From Octopus sinensis (Eukaryota): a DNA stretch of 64,000 nt. Under the pieces are notes generated by a model. That model made no database searches. It saw only the letters and a list, made by a program, of their open reading frames with translations, and was not told the origin of the DNA. Each line of letters begins with the position of its first letter. Positions within the stretch are counted from its first letter, which is position 1. The position numbers and the translations under genes are program-made. Below are positions 1-12,973 of the stretch, in pieces. The stretch is taken from NCBI RefSeq assembly GCF_006345805.1, contig NC_043016.1, positions 12,896,001-12,960,000 of the forward strand. Reading direction: 5' to 3'.

Positions 1-110
1 GTTAGGCACTAAAGTATACTAAAATTAAATAAAATTAAATCATTTTCAAAATTTAGTTCTTTTATTAATTAAAATATAAAATAACAAACTTCATACTAAC
101 TTTCCTTTAG

Positions 111-152
111 GATTGCATGCAAAAATCTGATGAATGAAGTATTATTTATATG
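111..152 (+). other. Candidate 42-nt micro-exon (phase 2-2, xIACKNLMNEVLFIx), or a UTR exon ending in ATG
   Basis: CTAAC branch-like motif, TTTCCTTTAG acceptor and ATG|GTAAGT donor; one of three frames is open. No recognisable homology, and the flanks could be a DNA-transposon remnant. Confidence 0.25.
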
Positions 153-1074
153 GTAAGTAAAGAAATCTCGCTTGAAAGTTTAATTTTTCAGTGAAACTTT
201 GTAGTTTCATAAATAAATAAATAAATAAATAAAACAAATAGAAAGAAAATGAAGACAGTGGTCATTAAATGGAATCAAAAACTAAAGCTTTATTGTTGTC
301 CTGTTTGCCAAATGCTCAACTACCTAGGAGTGATATGCATTTTGAAGTTATGTCAATAAATACTTCAGGTATTGAAAACCAGCTACATTCTTGTGTGTTT
401 GTACACTTCCCGTTCAATATATCTGCTTTCTTTTTTTTTTGTTTTCTTTTGTTAGGCCAGGGGCAAATCATCGTTCAGTGCATGAGTGTTATAATATAAT
501 GAATTTCCAGCTTGTAAACACATCTTCTGTGTGTTATGTGCTCTGTGTAAATGGCATTCCGTAAAGTCTAATCTAGCACAAAGGAAGCAATTTAATGGTG
601 TTGATATTAATATCCTTTGGAGGAGATCAAAAAGCATTAAAACATACAAATCTATCAACAAGGAGTTACAAATAATATCTAGTCCATATAATCTTTGTAG
701 GAAATATCAAAGGGTTCCATGGTTTGCACTTTGTGGTTATATCATAATTCCTTTGTGCAGTTGTAAAAACTTCCCTTTTTATCTGACATGTCTTTGAAGT
801 TGGCTTCCAATGGACTGGCTATTTACAATTTAGGCATGTGCTGTTCTTTGTGGCTCAAGTTTTTATTGCTTGTTTTCTTTTCTTTTTTTTTTCTTTCGTT
901 CTCCCGCCAAATGTTTCAATCACATGCAATATATGCACCTGCAGCTGTAATTTGGTTAAATATTTCTATTCTCACATTAATTAGCATCAATGCAATTATT
1001 TAATCCTTTCAATAGCAACCCACCTGAAAACACCTATTAAACCAATGAAATGTCAGTTTAACATGAAAAATTAC

Positions 1075-1228
1075 GTTCTGAGTTCAAATTCTGTTGAGGT
1101 TGACTTTGCCTTTTATCCTTTTGGGGCTGATAAAATAACTACCAGTTGAGTACTGGGGTGATTTAATTAACATATCCCCCTTTGCTGAACTTGCTGACCT
1201 TGTGCCAAAATTTGAAACCATTATTATT
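1075..1228 (+). mobile_element. SINE family C, 3' part with (ATT)n tail
   Basis: B-box-like GAGTTCAAATTC, body matches the copies at 44539 and 57612, ends GAAACCATTATTATT. Confidence 0.8.
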
Positions 1229-1594
1229 GTTCTTTTTAACTTTGGTTTTGTTGTAACTCCTGCAGCCTTTGCATGCATAGCAGGCTTGCTGCCAGTAGCC
1301 TATGGTACCATGCTATCTGTTCTTTTCAGCTATCTAATACTTTCCTGATTATTCTGGCCGTGCCAAGGAGGCAAACCTTTTGTAACAGTTCTACTTGGCA
1401 TTCTATTCCAATCTCCTTTTTATTCCTTTTCATGCCTTCTGATACTGTCCCCAAGGACCCAACAATAATGGACACTATCTTCACCTTCATTTTCCATAGC
1501 CTGGCTATTTCATACTTAAGAGGATTGTGTAAATATCTTTTTTTCTCCTTCCTTCTTGACTAATCATGAGTCAAGGGGACAAGCAACATCAGCA
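1220..1594 (-). mobile_element. 3' end of an RLE-type (R4/Dong- or Hero-like) non-LTR retrotransposon, 5'-truncated
   Basis: Minus strand, with one stop and one frameshift, reads ADVACPLDS*LVKKEGEK / LKYEIARLWKMKVKIVSIIVGSLGTVSEGMKRNKKEIGIECQVELLQKVCLLGTARIIRKVLDS* (stop at 1326-1328). This matches the typical end of a restriction-like endonuclease domain. A short 3' UTR then runs into (TAA)n. Confidence 0.8.
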
Positions 1595-1611
1595 TTATTA
1601 TAATGATAATA

Positions 1612-1992
1612 ATACTCTTCTCTCTTTACTCTTTTACTTGTTTGTCATTTTGACTGTGGCCATGCTGGAGCACTGCCTTTAGTTGAGCAAATTGACCCCA
1701 GGACTTATTCTTTTTTGCTGAACCGCTAAATTACGGGGACGTAAACATACCACCATTGGTTGTCAAGCGATGTTGGGGGGACAAACACAGACACACAAAC
1801 ATATACACACACATATATATACATATATACAACGGGCTTCTTTCAGTTTCCGTCTACCAAATCCACTCACAAGACTTTGGTTGGCCCGAGGCTATAATAG
1901 AAGACACTTGCCTAAGGTGCCATGCAGTGGGACTGAACCCCGAACTATGTGGTTGGTAAGCAAGCTACTTACCACACAGCCGCTCCTATGCC
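1612..1992 (-). mobile_element. SINE family A, near full length (tRNA-like head, central TA/TG microsatellite, GAGTAAAA-type tail)
   Basis: A-box-like GGCTGTGTGG, B-box-like GGTTCAGTCCC, CCT(T/A)GGCAAGTGTCTT core; near-identical to the copies at 23841, 55123 and 58416. Confidence 0.9.
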
Positions 1993-2729
1993 TAAATATT
2001 ATATTTAAAAGATGTTATATGATTTTAAGATGATCTTTTATTCCACCAAACCTCATAATTCTTTGTTTTCTGAAAACCAAAATGACAAAGGTAGATGTGC
2101 TCTTGTTAAAAATATTGTCACAAAAGGGTTTGCTAGGAAACAAACTTAGAATTTTACAATAATGCTACATGGCTATATTTCATTGACTGATTTAGGTTCA
2201 AATGGTCTGTTTCTGGTGTCTTAGAAGGAATTTAACCTTTGAAAACAAATTAATAAAAAAAAGAAAGAAAAGAAAATCAAATACATATAAAAAGTTAAAA
2301 AGAAAAATCAAAATGCTTCTCTTAGAACCAGACATTTGTCTTCATTTATTACCTGCTATTTTCTTGATATTTGTAATATTTTATCAAATATAGTTTGCTT
2401 ATACATTTTATGCTCATATCTTGAAATGATAAATTTTTGTATCCTGAAATGTTTTTTTTTTTTTTAAATATTTTTGCTGCTACTGTTGTTGTTGTTGTTA
2501 TGGAATCTTCTTGAATTGAGCATATGTAGTTTTTGATTTATTTTATGTTAGACCTCTTTAAACCAAAACTTGTAAAGTACAATAAGTTCCTGTGTTGCCT
2601 CCAACTGTGTTAACACATTTGTTAGTAGTGCATGCATGAAGGGTTAGTGTTGTTGAATTTCGTAAAGAAATCACTAGCCTTCTCTTTTTCTCTCAGTTCT
2701 TCATTTCAACACATCCCCCCTTTCAGGTC

Positions 2730-3140
2730 AGCCAGTGTTATTAATGTTTGTACAGTGAAAAGTAGGAGACAAGAAGCTGGCAGAAAGGGTAGCATTTGTT
2801 TATTGTTGCCTTGTGTTTTATTCAGGAAATAAGGGTTGGAGAAAGGTGTATGGACAAGGCTGGTTATAAGGAAAAGTGGAATTGGTACAAATTGTTGTGG
2901 ATAGATAGGCAGAGAAGATGTAGATATGTTTTACTGTCTTGATGCTCCCTGAATTAAATATGTTAGTATTAACTATTAGAAATGGTGTGCGTATGTTGAT
3001 AGATAATGTAGTAAAGGTGTTGTGAATGAGTTTATAATTATTATCTCTTAGATGGTGGTAGACAGCATGACAGCTACTGCAATCTCTTTACACTCTGTGA
3101 CTGGGCTATCAGCTGAGAAGAAAGACCAGTTCTAGAAAAA
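2730..3140 (+). mobile_element. Decayed RTE-clade LINE, apurinic endonuclease region
   Basis: Broken frames give INVCTVKSR, CFIQEIR, WYKLLW and ISLHSVTGLSAEKKDQF*, resembling the APE motifs LNVGTL, CCIQEVR, YKLFW and SAYAPQ.GL..EEKD.F. Confidence 0.6.
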
Positions 3141-3445
3141 TTTTGCAATGGTAGACCTGAATTAATAGAGGTTAGGGTTAAAGAGAAAGGTGGAAAGGAT
3201 TTGGGTTGTTAGCACAATTATGCACTTCCTGTATGTAGCACCAAATGTATAAGAGCAGATTAATGTTTATGGAAGAGGAAATTTGATGGTTTAGGACTGT
3301 TCAAAATCTTTCAAGCCTAGATGTGTTGATTTGGATGGCTAGGAGGAAAGGTCAGTATTAAACATTAAAAATATACCAACTTCAAGTTAAGGGGTGCAAA
3401 TGATATGCAGTTGTGGTTTGATGAATTTAATATTTTAGATTAATA

Positions 3446-3720
3446 TTAATCCTTTAGCATTCAGATTACTCTGTCAAATCTAATGCATTTTTATTCACAT
3501 TGCATTGAATTAATTATACATTGTCTTCTAGCTTTGAGATTTCAATGATCTTGTCATTTAATGTCTGCTTTCCATGCTGGCATGGGTTGGATGGTTTGAC
3601 TGAAAACTGGTAAGCTGGGGAGCTGTACCAGGTTCCAATTTGATTAGGTATGGTTTCTACAGCTGGATGCCTTTCCTAATGCCAACCACTCAATTATATA
3701 TTTTTTTGAATGACATTGTA
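3446..3720 (+). mobile_element. TTAA/piggyBac-type MITE family B, interrupted by a SINE B fragment (about 3557-3690)
   Basis: Starts TTAATCCTTTAGCATTCAGATTACTCTGTCAAAT. Related copies lie at 8157-8290, 21161-21373, 23719-24346, 56143-56585 and 63822-64000. Confidence 0.75.
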
Positions 3721-5517
3721 GAATAAGTGGATGTTCCAAGGAGTTAGATCCAACCTTTCACAAACAAAATGCTTTAGTCATAAATTTGCCGAAATATGTA
3801 CATGCATATTAAGATGCATAGTTAGTCTTGAGTGATGGAAGTCTTCAATAGTGATTTGGTAATTTGAGTTGAGGGTTTTATAGAAATATTGATGGTATGT
3901 TTGGGTTTGATAGGTTTAAGGTTTTATAACATCTGTGCTAGTATTGTCTATTTGGAAGGGTTTCTTGGCTGGCTGGCAGTTGGTTTTCAGTTGAGTGTCG
4001 ATGCCATTATTGAGGAAGAATATGAAACAATATAGTAGGTATTTGGCCCAGTACCACTCTCTGTTTTTTTACACAACCCAATTTTAATAGTAAAGTATAA
4101 AGCTATTCAGATTCTTCTGTTATTCAGTTTTTAGTTAATGATTCAAGAACAGAATAAAAGACTTTAACTTCATGTAAATTCTTTGAATTTGCTTAGAGAA
4201 ATGGATTTATTTATTTATCAACTTTAGCTACCCTTCATACTCTATCCCTTCATTAATTATCTCTTGGTAATAATTCTTGTGACCCACTCATCTTTTTCTA
4301 AATGGCCATTTTGAGAATCCCTGGAGTAAGAAATGTATCAAGAGTAGTTGATATGAGGTGAAGCATCCTCCAGCAGCAGTGATAATTTCCAATAAATCAA
4401 GAATTTACATTGTAAGGTATTCGATATACTTGTATTTGTCTATAAGTATTATTCCTGGTTTAAATATTTTATTTCTTTGAAAAATCATAACTCTTATAAC
4501 TGTTCCTCACCCACACACTGTCTGATTGGAGATTTGCTTTTCCCCCCCACTTTTTTTTTTTACCCTGGTTATAGCTGTTGTTTTTAGCCCCAGGTCAGCC
4601 CTGATAACCAGTATTGCAGCCATGCCCATCTTCTCTATTCTTCAGTATCGCTGAGATTGGTGGGTGAAGTAGGTTGCAAAAATGACTATTAGATTAAATT
4701 TTCTTGGGAGCAGCTAGTCAGACAACTTTTAAAAGTGTGCTGGGTTTTTTTTTTTTTGCATTTAACTACTACTATTACAGCATTCAACCATCCTTTGTTG
4801 TAAAGCTTGCATTGTGTATGTGCATGTGTGCATGCACACGTGTGTATATATGTATGCATACATATGTGTGTGAGTATATGTAATTTGGAATGGGAAGTAA
4901 ACCTTGATAAATATACAGTTTAACATCATTGTGAAAAGCATATAAAGTGATTATATTGCAGGTTTTTATCTCCCTCTGTAGACAGAAAAATGAAATAATG
5001 TGACTAGTTTCTAGTGTTAGTTTTTCATCAGAGAAAGAATAACCACTTTCTTCCTGCAGAAAGATTATTAGCTTATAACTGTTTATAATGTGTACAAACT
5101 TAGACAAAGCTAAGCCTTTTTACATATTACACACACACACACACATGTGCACATACACACACACTCACACACTCACAAAACACATTATAAAGAAAGGTAA
5201 GAAATTGTTTTCTTTTCCGACTTCTGTCTTTAGAAATAGAAAATGCCATATAAATCTGTATGTCTCTTAGCATTGTTGCTAATATTGTTATTGCTCACCT
5301 GTAGTTGTTCTGCAGTTGATGTTGTTTATATTTTATGTATTTTTTGTTGTTGTTTCACCCTAAGATTGCCCTCATTGAGCAGATACATACAAAAAGGATG
5401 TTGCAACCATAATCATTGCATTTTTAAAATTTATTATTGTATCTAGAACTACATTATGTATTTATTTCTTTTGTTGATGTGATGGTACGTTGAGATTTGG
5501 CTACTATTCTTGTCAGG

Positions 5518-5885
5518 TTTTATCTTTTTTTTTCTTATTTACTGGGTTTGGAGGAAAGGATAGTGCTTACAAGCTCTTCACGCCAAGTCTGGTGAAACTG
5601 GTAGCATTAATGTCCTACTGAAACTGTTACAAACCAACACCGGCAGAGCAGGCATGAGCAGTGGCTGGTATTTATATAAGCCATTGTTCTGAAGAAGGAT
5701 TAGATGTAGTGATTAGTGTAGAACCTGGCAGATTTCTCACCACATGGGTGATGAGAGGAAAATAAGCAAGTGACTTGAGAGCACCCAAGTTTATTTCATA
5801 TGTGGAGGTTTATCCTTCTGTAACGATGATCATGGTAGTCCCTTGTAGTCTAAAGAAGATAGTTCTGCAGTTTCTTGTTGAACAA
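5518..5885 (-). mobile_element. Decayed 3' end of a CR1/L2-group LINE
   Basis: Minus strand has SFFRT, ..PAHA and QFQ*DINA, resembling SFFPRT.LWN.LPAH..FK.NIN, followed by an A-rich tail. Confidence 0.5.
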
Positions 5886-5929
5886 CCTCCATAAATGTTT
5901 TGCTTATAGTGATCAAATATTTGTGCTGT

Positions 5930-6130
5930 TCGTTAACTCAATCCCTCTATCAAATTGATGTCACCTGTACAGGTGCACGGTGTATCAGATGTCAGATATC
6001 AAAGTGATTGCAGAGCGACATCAGATGAAGTGTTTTGCTTAAGAACACAATGCACAACCCAGTCAAGGAATTGAAACTGTGATCTTGCGATAGTGAGTGT
6101 AGTACCCTACCCACTTGACCATGCACACAC
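5930..6130 (-). mobile_element. SINE family D (tRNA-like head, CTTGAGCAAAACAC core), decayed
   Basis: Similar to 56302-56551 (+), 22640-22895 (-) and 62215-62440 (-). Confidence 0.65.
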
Positions 6131-6918
6131 TCTCGCTCTATAATAAAACATAGACAAAAGGGTATTCATCCAGTGTAATACCTGTTCTTAATATTTATGT
6201 TTGTATGGTTTATTTGTTTTAGTTTTTCCTTTTATAATCTTCTATTATAATATATTCACTTAGCTTCAGCATTTGCATAAATTTCAAACAATGTAGATTA
6301 TTGTAAGTTATGTTTCATGGAAAAAACATTCTGTGCTATTGAGCTTTTTTTTTTTGTAGTTAATTAATTGCTAACTGAAGTATAAATAATTGAGTAGCAT
6401 TTAATGAATAGATTCTCAGTTTTATTTGGGAAGGTGTATTATGTTAGTGATTGTGTAATAATTTATTGTAAGTTATTTAAAACAATATGGATTTATTTAA
6501 TGACAGAAATAGTTGAATGCCATAAAAATACTGCTAATTATTATGTAACTTTCTTTCACAATCCAGATTTCAATCTTTGCTTTTCATAACACACAGATGT
6601 AATATTTCTGATAGGAGTAATATCTTCTTTTTTTGACTATGTTGGGCACAATCATGGATGCACCATATATCCTATTTATTATAGGTTTTGTATAGCGTTG
6701 TTCAGTTATTGAGTTTTTTCAAAGTTAGTAATATTTGGGGTCATTGCTTCTTACTTGCATGCGATGGCTGTTGGGGTTTGTACCCTCATTCAGCTTTAAA
6801 GTGCAAGTCATGCAAGATTCATTTGAGGTTCTTAGCTGTGGTCTCAATTGCTTGTTGAAACCTGGGAGACATATCAAGATTAAATCAACCTTTATAATTT
6901 GCTTTATAATAAATAGTA

Positions 6919-7336
6919 CCGTATATACTCGGCTATAAGTTGCACTTTTTTCCCCTGAAATTTTCACCTAAAATTGGGGGTGCAACTTATAAGTGCATCC
7001 TATAAAAAATCTTCAGATATTTTTTAGGTACAAGATATGTCTGAAGTTCCAACACTTGGAATAACCAAAAGGATAAAATTTTACATTATAAGCAACGGTT
7101 CCTAAAATGCATGGACTTAATGGGATAACAGTTGTTGTAAGTCATCTTCAGCTTACTGAAAGCTTGGTTACCGAATAACAACTATGTTGGTGCAATTCCT
7201 AATTAAACTTTGCTTTCCAACATGGAAAGAGTTACTGTGCCTTATAGTCAGGTAAATGATGAAATTCCCAATTTGAACCTTGTAAGTCAGTGGTACATCT
7301 TATAGGTGAGGGCATTTTATAGTCAAGTATATATGG
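6919..7336. mobile_element. Non-autonomous Tc2/pogo-like (Tc1/mariner superfamily) element
   Basis: Left TIR CCGTATATACTCGGCTATAAG follows a TA; right TIR TTTATAGTCAAGTATATATGG matches at 17/21. Subterminal GGTGCAACTTATA-type repeats are present. Confidence 0.7.
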
Positions 7337-8889
7337 CAATTTATAGTTATGCAGGGGATTTAAATCAATTAACTGCATCTGAAAACAAATTTCCTTGTGC
7401 TGCTAATGTGATAAATCATTATTAAAGACCATTTGTAACAATTGAGTTCATACAACATATTTCCCAGTTCTAGATATTTGTGAAAATAAGATAAATGAAG
7501 CAAGGACAAGAACATCAAGGGAGTTTGGAAGGAACTAGTATATTAATTTTAAATGTACAGATGCTATAACAATATTGGTAAAAGAGGTAACAAATAGGAC
7601 ACAGCTTATCATCATCATCATCATAATTTAACAGCTATTTTCCATGCTGGCAGGCTGAATGGTTTGACAGGAGCTGACAATCCAGAGGACCATGCTAAGT
7701 ACCAATGTCTGTTTTGGCAAGGACTCTAATAGTGGATGCCCTTCCTAACCCCAACCACTTTACAGAATGTATTAGGTGCTTTTTATGTGACACGAGCAAG
7801 GCCACTAAGTAGCTTGCAAGACAAGACCCCACAATTGCGGTGGGTAGAATGTTGAGGGAGGTGGCTTTGTGCCAGGTGATGAGAGGTTAGGGGATAGAAT
7901 TAGCTATCTTGCTATATGAAAGATACATGGTCACCCCAATTGGGGGGGGAAAAAGTGAGAGAGAGAGAGAGAAGTTGGGGTTGATGTTTCAGGGCATACC
8001 CTCAAGTTACAGGGAGGTGAATATAAGTGAATAAGCCTTTAGAAAATATTTGTCGATGAAAGGTGAAAATATTTTCTTGGATGTAGATTCAGACAGAAGA
8101 TGCATGTTCAACACAGAAACCATCTTCTTACTCCAATGTTTCAGTGCTTTTATGCTTAGCCCTTTAGCATTTAAACTGGCTATATTCGGCCAAAATATTC
8201 CAGCTGTTTTAGATTCAAACTGGCCTCTCACACCAACCATGCAATATCATTCTTAAAAATTAAGTTACCTCATCAAAATTGCAAAGCTACAAGATAATAC
8301 AAAACAATGTAAATAATTTAACATTTAATTCTGTCAGAATAAAGTGAATGCTGAAGGGTGTATTTACCATTAGCAACTGTATCTGTGGAAAGAAAAAAAC
8401 AACAACCTTCCTATGAAAGTTCTTCTTTATAAACACATGTAATTTTAAGTTGCATTGCATAGTTAAATTTTAACAGTAATTATTGTAACAATTGTATCAG
8501 ATGCAGGTACTAAATGCTGGCAGGTCATATTTTTGATATTTCTGTTAAATAACCATTGGTTTATACTGTTTCACAACATCTGGTTTACTTTAGAAAACCA
8601 GTAAATCACATGTGATTTGTGAAAAGTTACACACTGAACATTTAAGTGCTCTCAGGTGACTTGTAAGTTTTGTTACTTAAAGTAATTTGATAGCTCTTAT
8701 TACAGTATGTATAGCACTTGCTTTGGGTACTTCTGCATATTTCTTCACTCAGGTTAACTGGTCATTTATTCCGTTTTAGGTTATTCTTCCATAATATAAT
8801 TGCTCTATTTATTTGCCACAAGGACATCTTGCACAAAAATCATGAGGAATGCTGACAAAACTCAAACATTTTGGGTGCATACTTATTTA

Positions 8890-8935
<46 letters not shown>

Positions 8936-9323
8936 ATAATAATAATGGCTTCAAGTTTTGGCACAAGGCTAGGATTTTGGGTGGTGGTGTGTGTGTTGGG
9001 GTGTAAGTCAATTATATTGATCCTTGTGCTCAACTGGTACTTATTTTAACCCTGAAAGGTAACATCTACCTTGGCAGAACTTGAACTCAGGATGTAAAAA
9101 TAGATGTCTGGCATGCTAACAATTCTGCTAGCTTGTCACCTTAAATATGAACATAAAAGTTTTTAGTCATGCACATACATTCCAATAAAGCAATGTTGTG
9201 CATAGAAATGTGTACATATGGAGGAGAAGAGGAATGAGACAATGAGGGAGCCTCTATGTGGTTACCTGCTTTGCCAGGAATAACAGACAAATCTTCTTCA
9301 AATTACACTCTATGGATTTAAAC

Positions 9324-9559
9324 CAGTGGCTCTCAACTGGGGTCCATCTGATCCTTGGGTGTCATATAGGATTTTGCTGTTAGAATTTATCTTCTACAAT
9401 AAATTGGTTATTCTTCTACAATGCATAAAGTATTTTAATTTCTTTTATGCAATCCTTAATATTTAATTAGAAAAATATAATAGGATTTCTTTAATCCATC
9501 CGAGTAAAATAGGAATTAAGTGTGGTCTGTAGGTATAAAAAAATTGTTGAGAAACACCG
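9324..9559. mobile_element. hAT (Charlie-like) MITE
   Basis: TIRs CAGTGGCTCTCAAC / GTTGAGAAACACCG match at 11/14; perfect 8-bp TSD ATTTAAAC at 9316-9323 and 9560-9567. Confidence 0.85.
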
Positions 9560-10344
9560 ATTTAAACAAAGAAAGATTCATTATGAATTCATTAGATAAT
9601 GTGGTCTCATAATAATAATAATAAAGGTGGAACAGTTATGGCTGGAATGCCATTTACCATTCTATCTTTTGAGGAGATAGATCTGATTCAGGAGAGCTGA
9701 CTTAGTGCTTAAACATCAACACGAGAAAAAAACTCATTTAAGAAAAAGAAAAAAAAATAATATATTCTTTCAAATGTGTCCTGTATTTGAGTCAGTGACA
9801 CTTAATGTGAAAGGAAATGTGTTCTTTGATCAACTTCAATGACAAAAAAAGAAAAGAAAAAGAAAAGAAAAAGAAACATCCCTGAAAGTGTTACAGCAAT
9901 TTAATACTGTTTATAATTAAGTTAATTTAAGTTAAGGGTATTCATCTGATTGGGCATTTGGTTTAATTCTATTATACTGACATTTGCATTTCATTGGTAT
10001 TCATTTCCTTTTAAATCTTTTTTTTTTCTCTCTTGGTATTCTTTCATATGAAATAACTTTTCATTTGAAATGATATTTATGAAAGTAAGGAACAAGAATA
10101 ATGATCTTGAATCTTGTCATCAGCATTTTGTTATTCCTGTACACGAGGAACGTTACATTGCCTTGGTTGTTCTAAACATGCATGCAACACTCTCGACTTG
10201 TGTTTACTGTTAGGAAAAGCAACCAACTATAAACTACTTCTGTAAATCATGCAAATGTTATTCTCTACACATCAAGTCTCACACTAGTTTGCGCGTGTTA
10301 ATGCATAGATTCACATTTTCAATGGGAACACTATTTACTAAAGT

Positions 10345-10584
10345 TGTGTGTGTGTGTGTGTGATTTTGTGTGTGTGCATGTGTGATTTTGTGTGTGTGTG
10401 TGTGTGTGATTTTGTGTGTGTGTGCATGTGTGATTTTGTGTGTGTGTGTGATTTTGTGTGTGTGTGTGCATGTGTGATTTTGTGTGTGTGTGCATGTGTG
10501 ATTTTGTGTGTGTGTGTGTGCATGTGTGATTTTGTGTGTGTGTGTGATTTTGTGTGTGATTTTGTGTGTGTGTGTGCATGTGTG

Positions 10585-10625
<41 letters not shown>

Positions 10626-10755
10626 TTTTGTGTGTGATTTTGTGTGTGTGTGTGCATGTGTGATTTTGTGTGTGTGTGGTGTGTGTGTGTGTGTGTGATT
10701 TTGTGTGTAGGTGTGATTTTGTGTGTGCATGTGTGTAGGTGTGATTTTGTGTGTG
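10345..10755. repeat. (TG)n-derived compound repeat punctuated by GATTTT and GCATG
   Basis: Direct inspection; it explains the CV/HT-rich ORFs here. Confidence 0.95.
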
Positions 10756-11019
10756 ATTGTATTTACACCATCATCATTGTTTGAATGTCTGCTATTCCAT
10801 ACTTGCGTGGGCCAAACAGGATTGATTGAAGTAGATTTCTCTACAGCTGGATGCCCTTCCTGATGCCAATCTTCATCCAATTTCAAGCGAGGCAATTTGT
10901 TTCTCTATTGGCTGGGCATGTTTAAGCAAAAAAATTTTAAATGAAGAATAGCACTTGTAAGACACTGATGCTTGTTCAAAACAACTCTCATGTGATGTCA
11001 AGGCAAGGAAAGACAAGCA

Positions 11020-11205
11020 TGTGTGTGTCCTCTCTGTCTGTCTGCCTTTACGTCTATGTATGTCTGTATGTATGTCTGTCTGTATGTCTGTCTGTATGTC
11101 TATGTCTGTATGTATGTCTATGTCTGTATGTATGTCTGTCTGTCTGTATGTCTGTATGTATGTATGTATGTATGTATGTATGTATGTCTGTCTGCCTGTA
11201 CATCT

Positions 11206-11237
<32 letters not shown>

Positions 11238-11290
11238 CTTGCTTTTTTTCTTTCTTTCTTTCTCTCTCTCTCACACACACACACACATAC
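11020..11290. repeat. Compound microsatellite (TGTC/TGTA/TG/TTTC/TC/CA)
   Basis: Direct inspection. Confidence 0.95.
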
Positions 11291-12973
11291 TAGACTCCTT
11301 TCAATCACTGTTTACCAAAACTACAGGGTTTTGGTGGCTTGAGGCTATAGTAGAAAACACTTGCCCAAGATGCATGCTGTGGGAATGAACCCAAAACCAT
11401 GAGGTTGGAAGCAAACCTCTTAACCACATAGTCATAATAGATAAACTTAGATTTTATGATAAAGTGATGTTTATATTTTTTAAGTGCCAGAGAAATGATG
11501 ACAGTGAAAGATAATAATAAAAAAAGTGAGATCTTAGTGAAAATTGAACCTGTCACCCCTTTGTTGATTCTTCAGTGTAATTACCACTCTGTCCATAAAC
11601 CCTCCTTATAATAGTGACACCTACTTCTATCACACTTTGTAACATTGTATGATGGCTATCATAATCAGTCTGAAAATCAATTAAAAGAAAAAATCCTTAT
11701 ACATGTTTATTTTCATAATGTCTCTTTGTTGGGGTTCTGTCTAGATATTGTTAGGGTGATAATCAAAATCTGGCAATAAAATATGCCCTCCTCTTATTAT
11801 TTCTGACACTGAATATCTGCTTAAGAAGTAAAAATGAAAACTCAGCAGAATGGGCTGGGCAGAATTCCATAAAGATAGTAGTCTGTAACCCTCATCTTTG
11901 AGCATTGGAGCTGTGTGAAGCTGTTGATAAGACTGTGTTATTGACTATTAAAGTAAATTATTATCTTAGTGGCAGCATTTCAGAACTCTTTTACTGGCCA
12001 ATTTACTCCCTATCTAATCTTGTCTATCACAGTTACTATTGATAATATAAAAAAAAATAACAAAAACAAACAAAAAACCTCTTGAAATTTCACCAATGAA
12101 TGTGTATAATAGATAGACATATCTCAAAACTGTCTATTGCTTCCCAGGTTTCTTTGGATTGTTTCTCTTGCTTTTTAGGGGGTGGGGGAATCTTTGCCAC
12201 CCCACCCCCTTGCAGTACATATTCTGTAGATCATCAAATTTGTATCGTTCTTGTTTTTTATGTGAGAGAACACAAAATTGTTTTTGATTCATCCAGCAGC
12301 TTTCTTCATTAATGTCGTTTTAATTACAAAATTAAAAAAATATATTTAAAAAAATAGTTTTATCTATCAAGTGTTACTTGATTTTTTTTCCCTTTTTGTT
12401 AGTTCATACAAATTTCTTAGAAATTTACATATAAGTGTGTTACATAGAAATTTACATGTAACACACCCACCCACGCACACACACACACACCCTTACACCT
12501 CTTTTCCCTCACTCTCTTTCAGAATCTTAATTTAAGTTTCCCGATAATTATCTGGGTTTGTGAATATCTGCCATTAGCTTATCTATGTAGGATAATTTAA
12601 GTTTGATAAAAAAATGAAATAAAATAAAATAAAAACAAACTCCAAAATATTATTTGGGATATGAAGTTCCAAAAGTAATAGAAAAAACAGAGGTTCAGTA
12701 TCATGTATATTTATATACTTGATGTACATACTTATGTATATGTAATTGACATCCCTTCTTATTTTGGGGGTGAATGTAAAGAACCCTTAGCAATGTGAAA
12801 CATTAGAAAACAGATCTAGTATGTTTGAAGCAGTCGACTGTTATAAACCTGCAGGCTAATTTTGGTATCAGAGAGAGAACGGAAAGATGACTTATGATAG
12901 CTTTCTGAAAGGGATAGCTGGTTTGAAGGTGTTCAGGGTGAGCTGCTTCATTCGAAGCAGTAATATTTCAAAA

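Noticed and set aside
5002-5031. Hammerhead-like CTGATGA..GAAACTAGTC on the minus strand
   Set aside because: Stems I and II cannot pair.
8603-8618. Perfect 16-bp palindrome AAATCACATGTGATTT
   Set aside because: About one or two such palindromes are expected by chance in 64 kb of AT-rich DNA.
10331-11388. Long ORFs (HT/CV/LS/ER-rich) here and at 26845-27261, 28890-29315, 47404-47821, 49894-50589 and 60084-60657
   Set aside because: They are translations of stop-free microsatellites and minisatellites, with no coding signature.
12178-12210. 11-bp G/C-run hairpin
   Set aside because: Low-complexity G and C runs are common here, and there is no supporting context.
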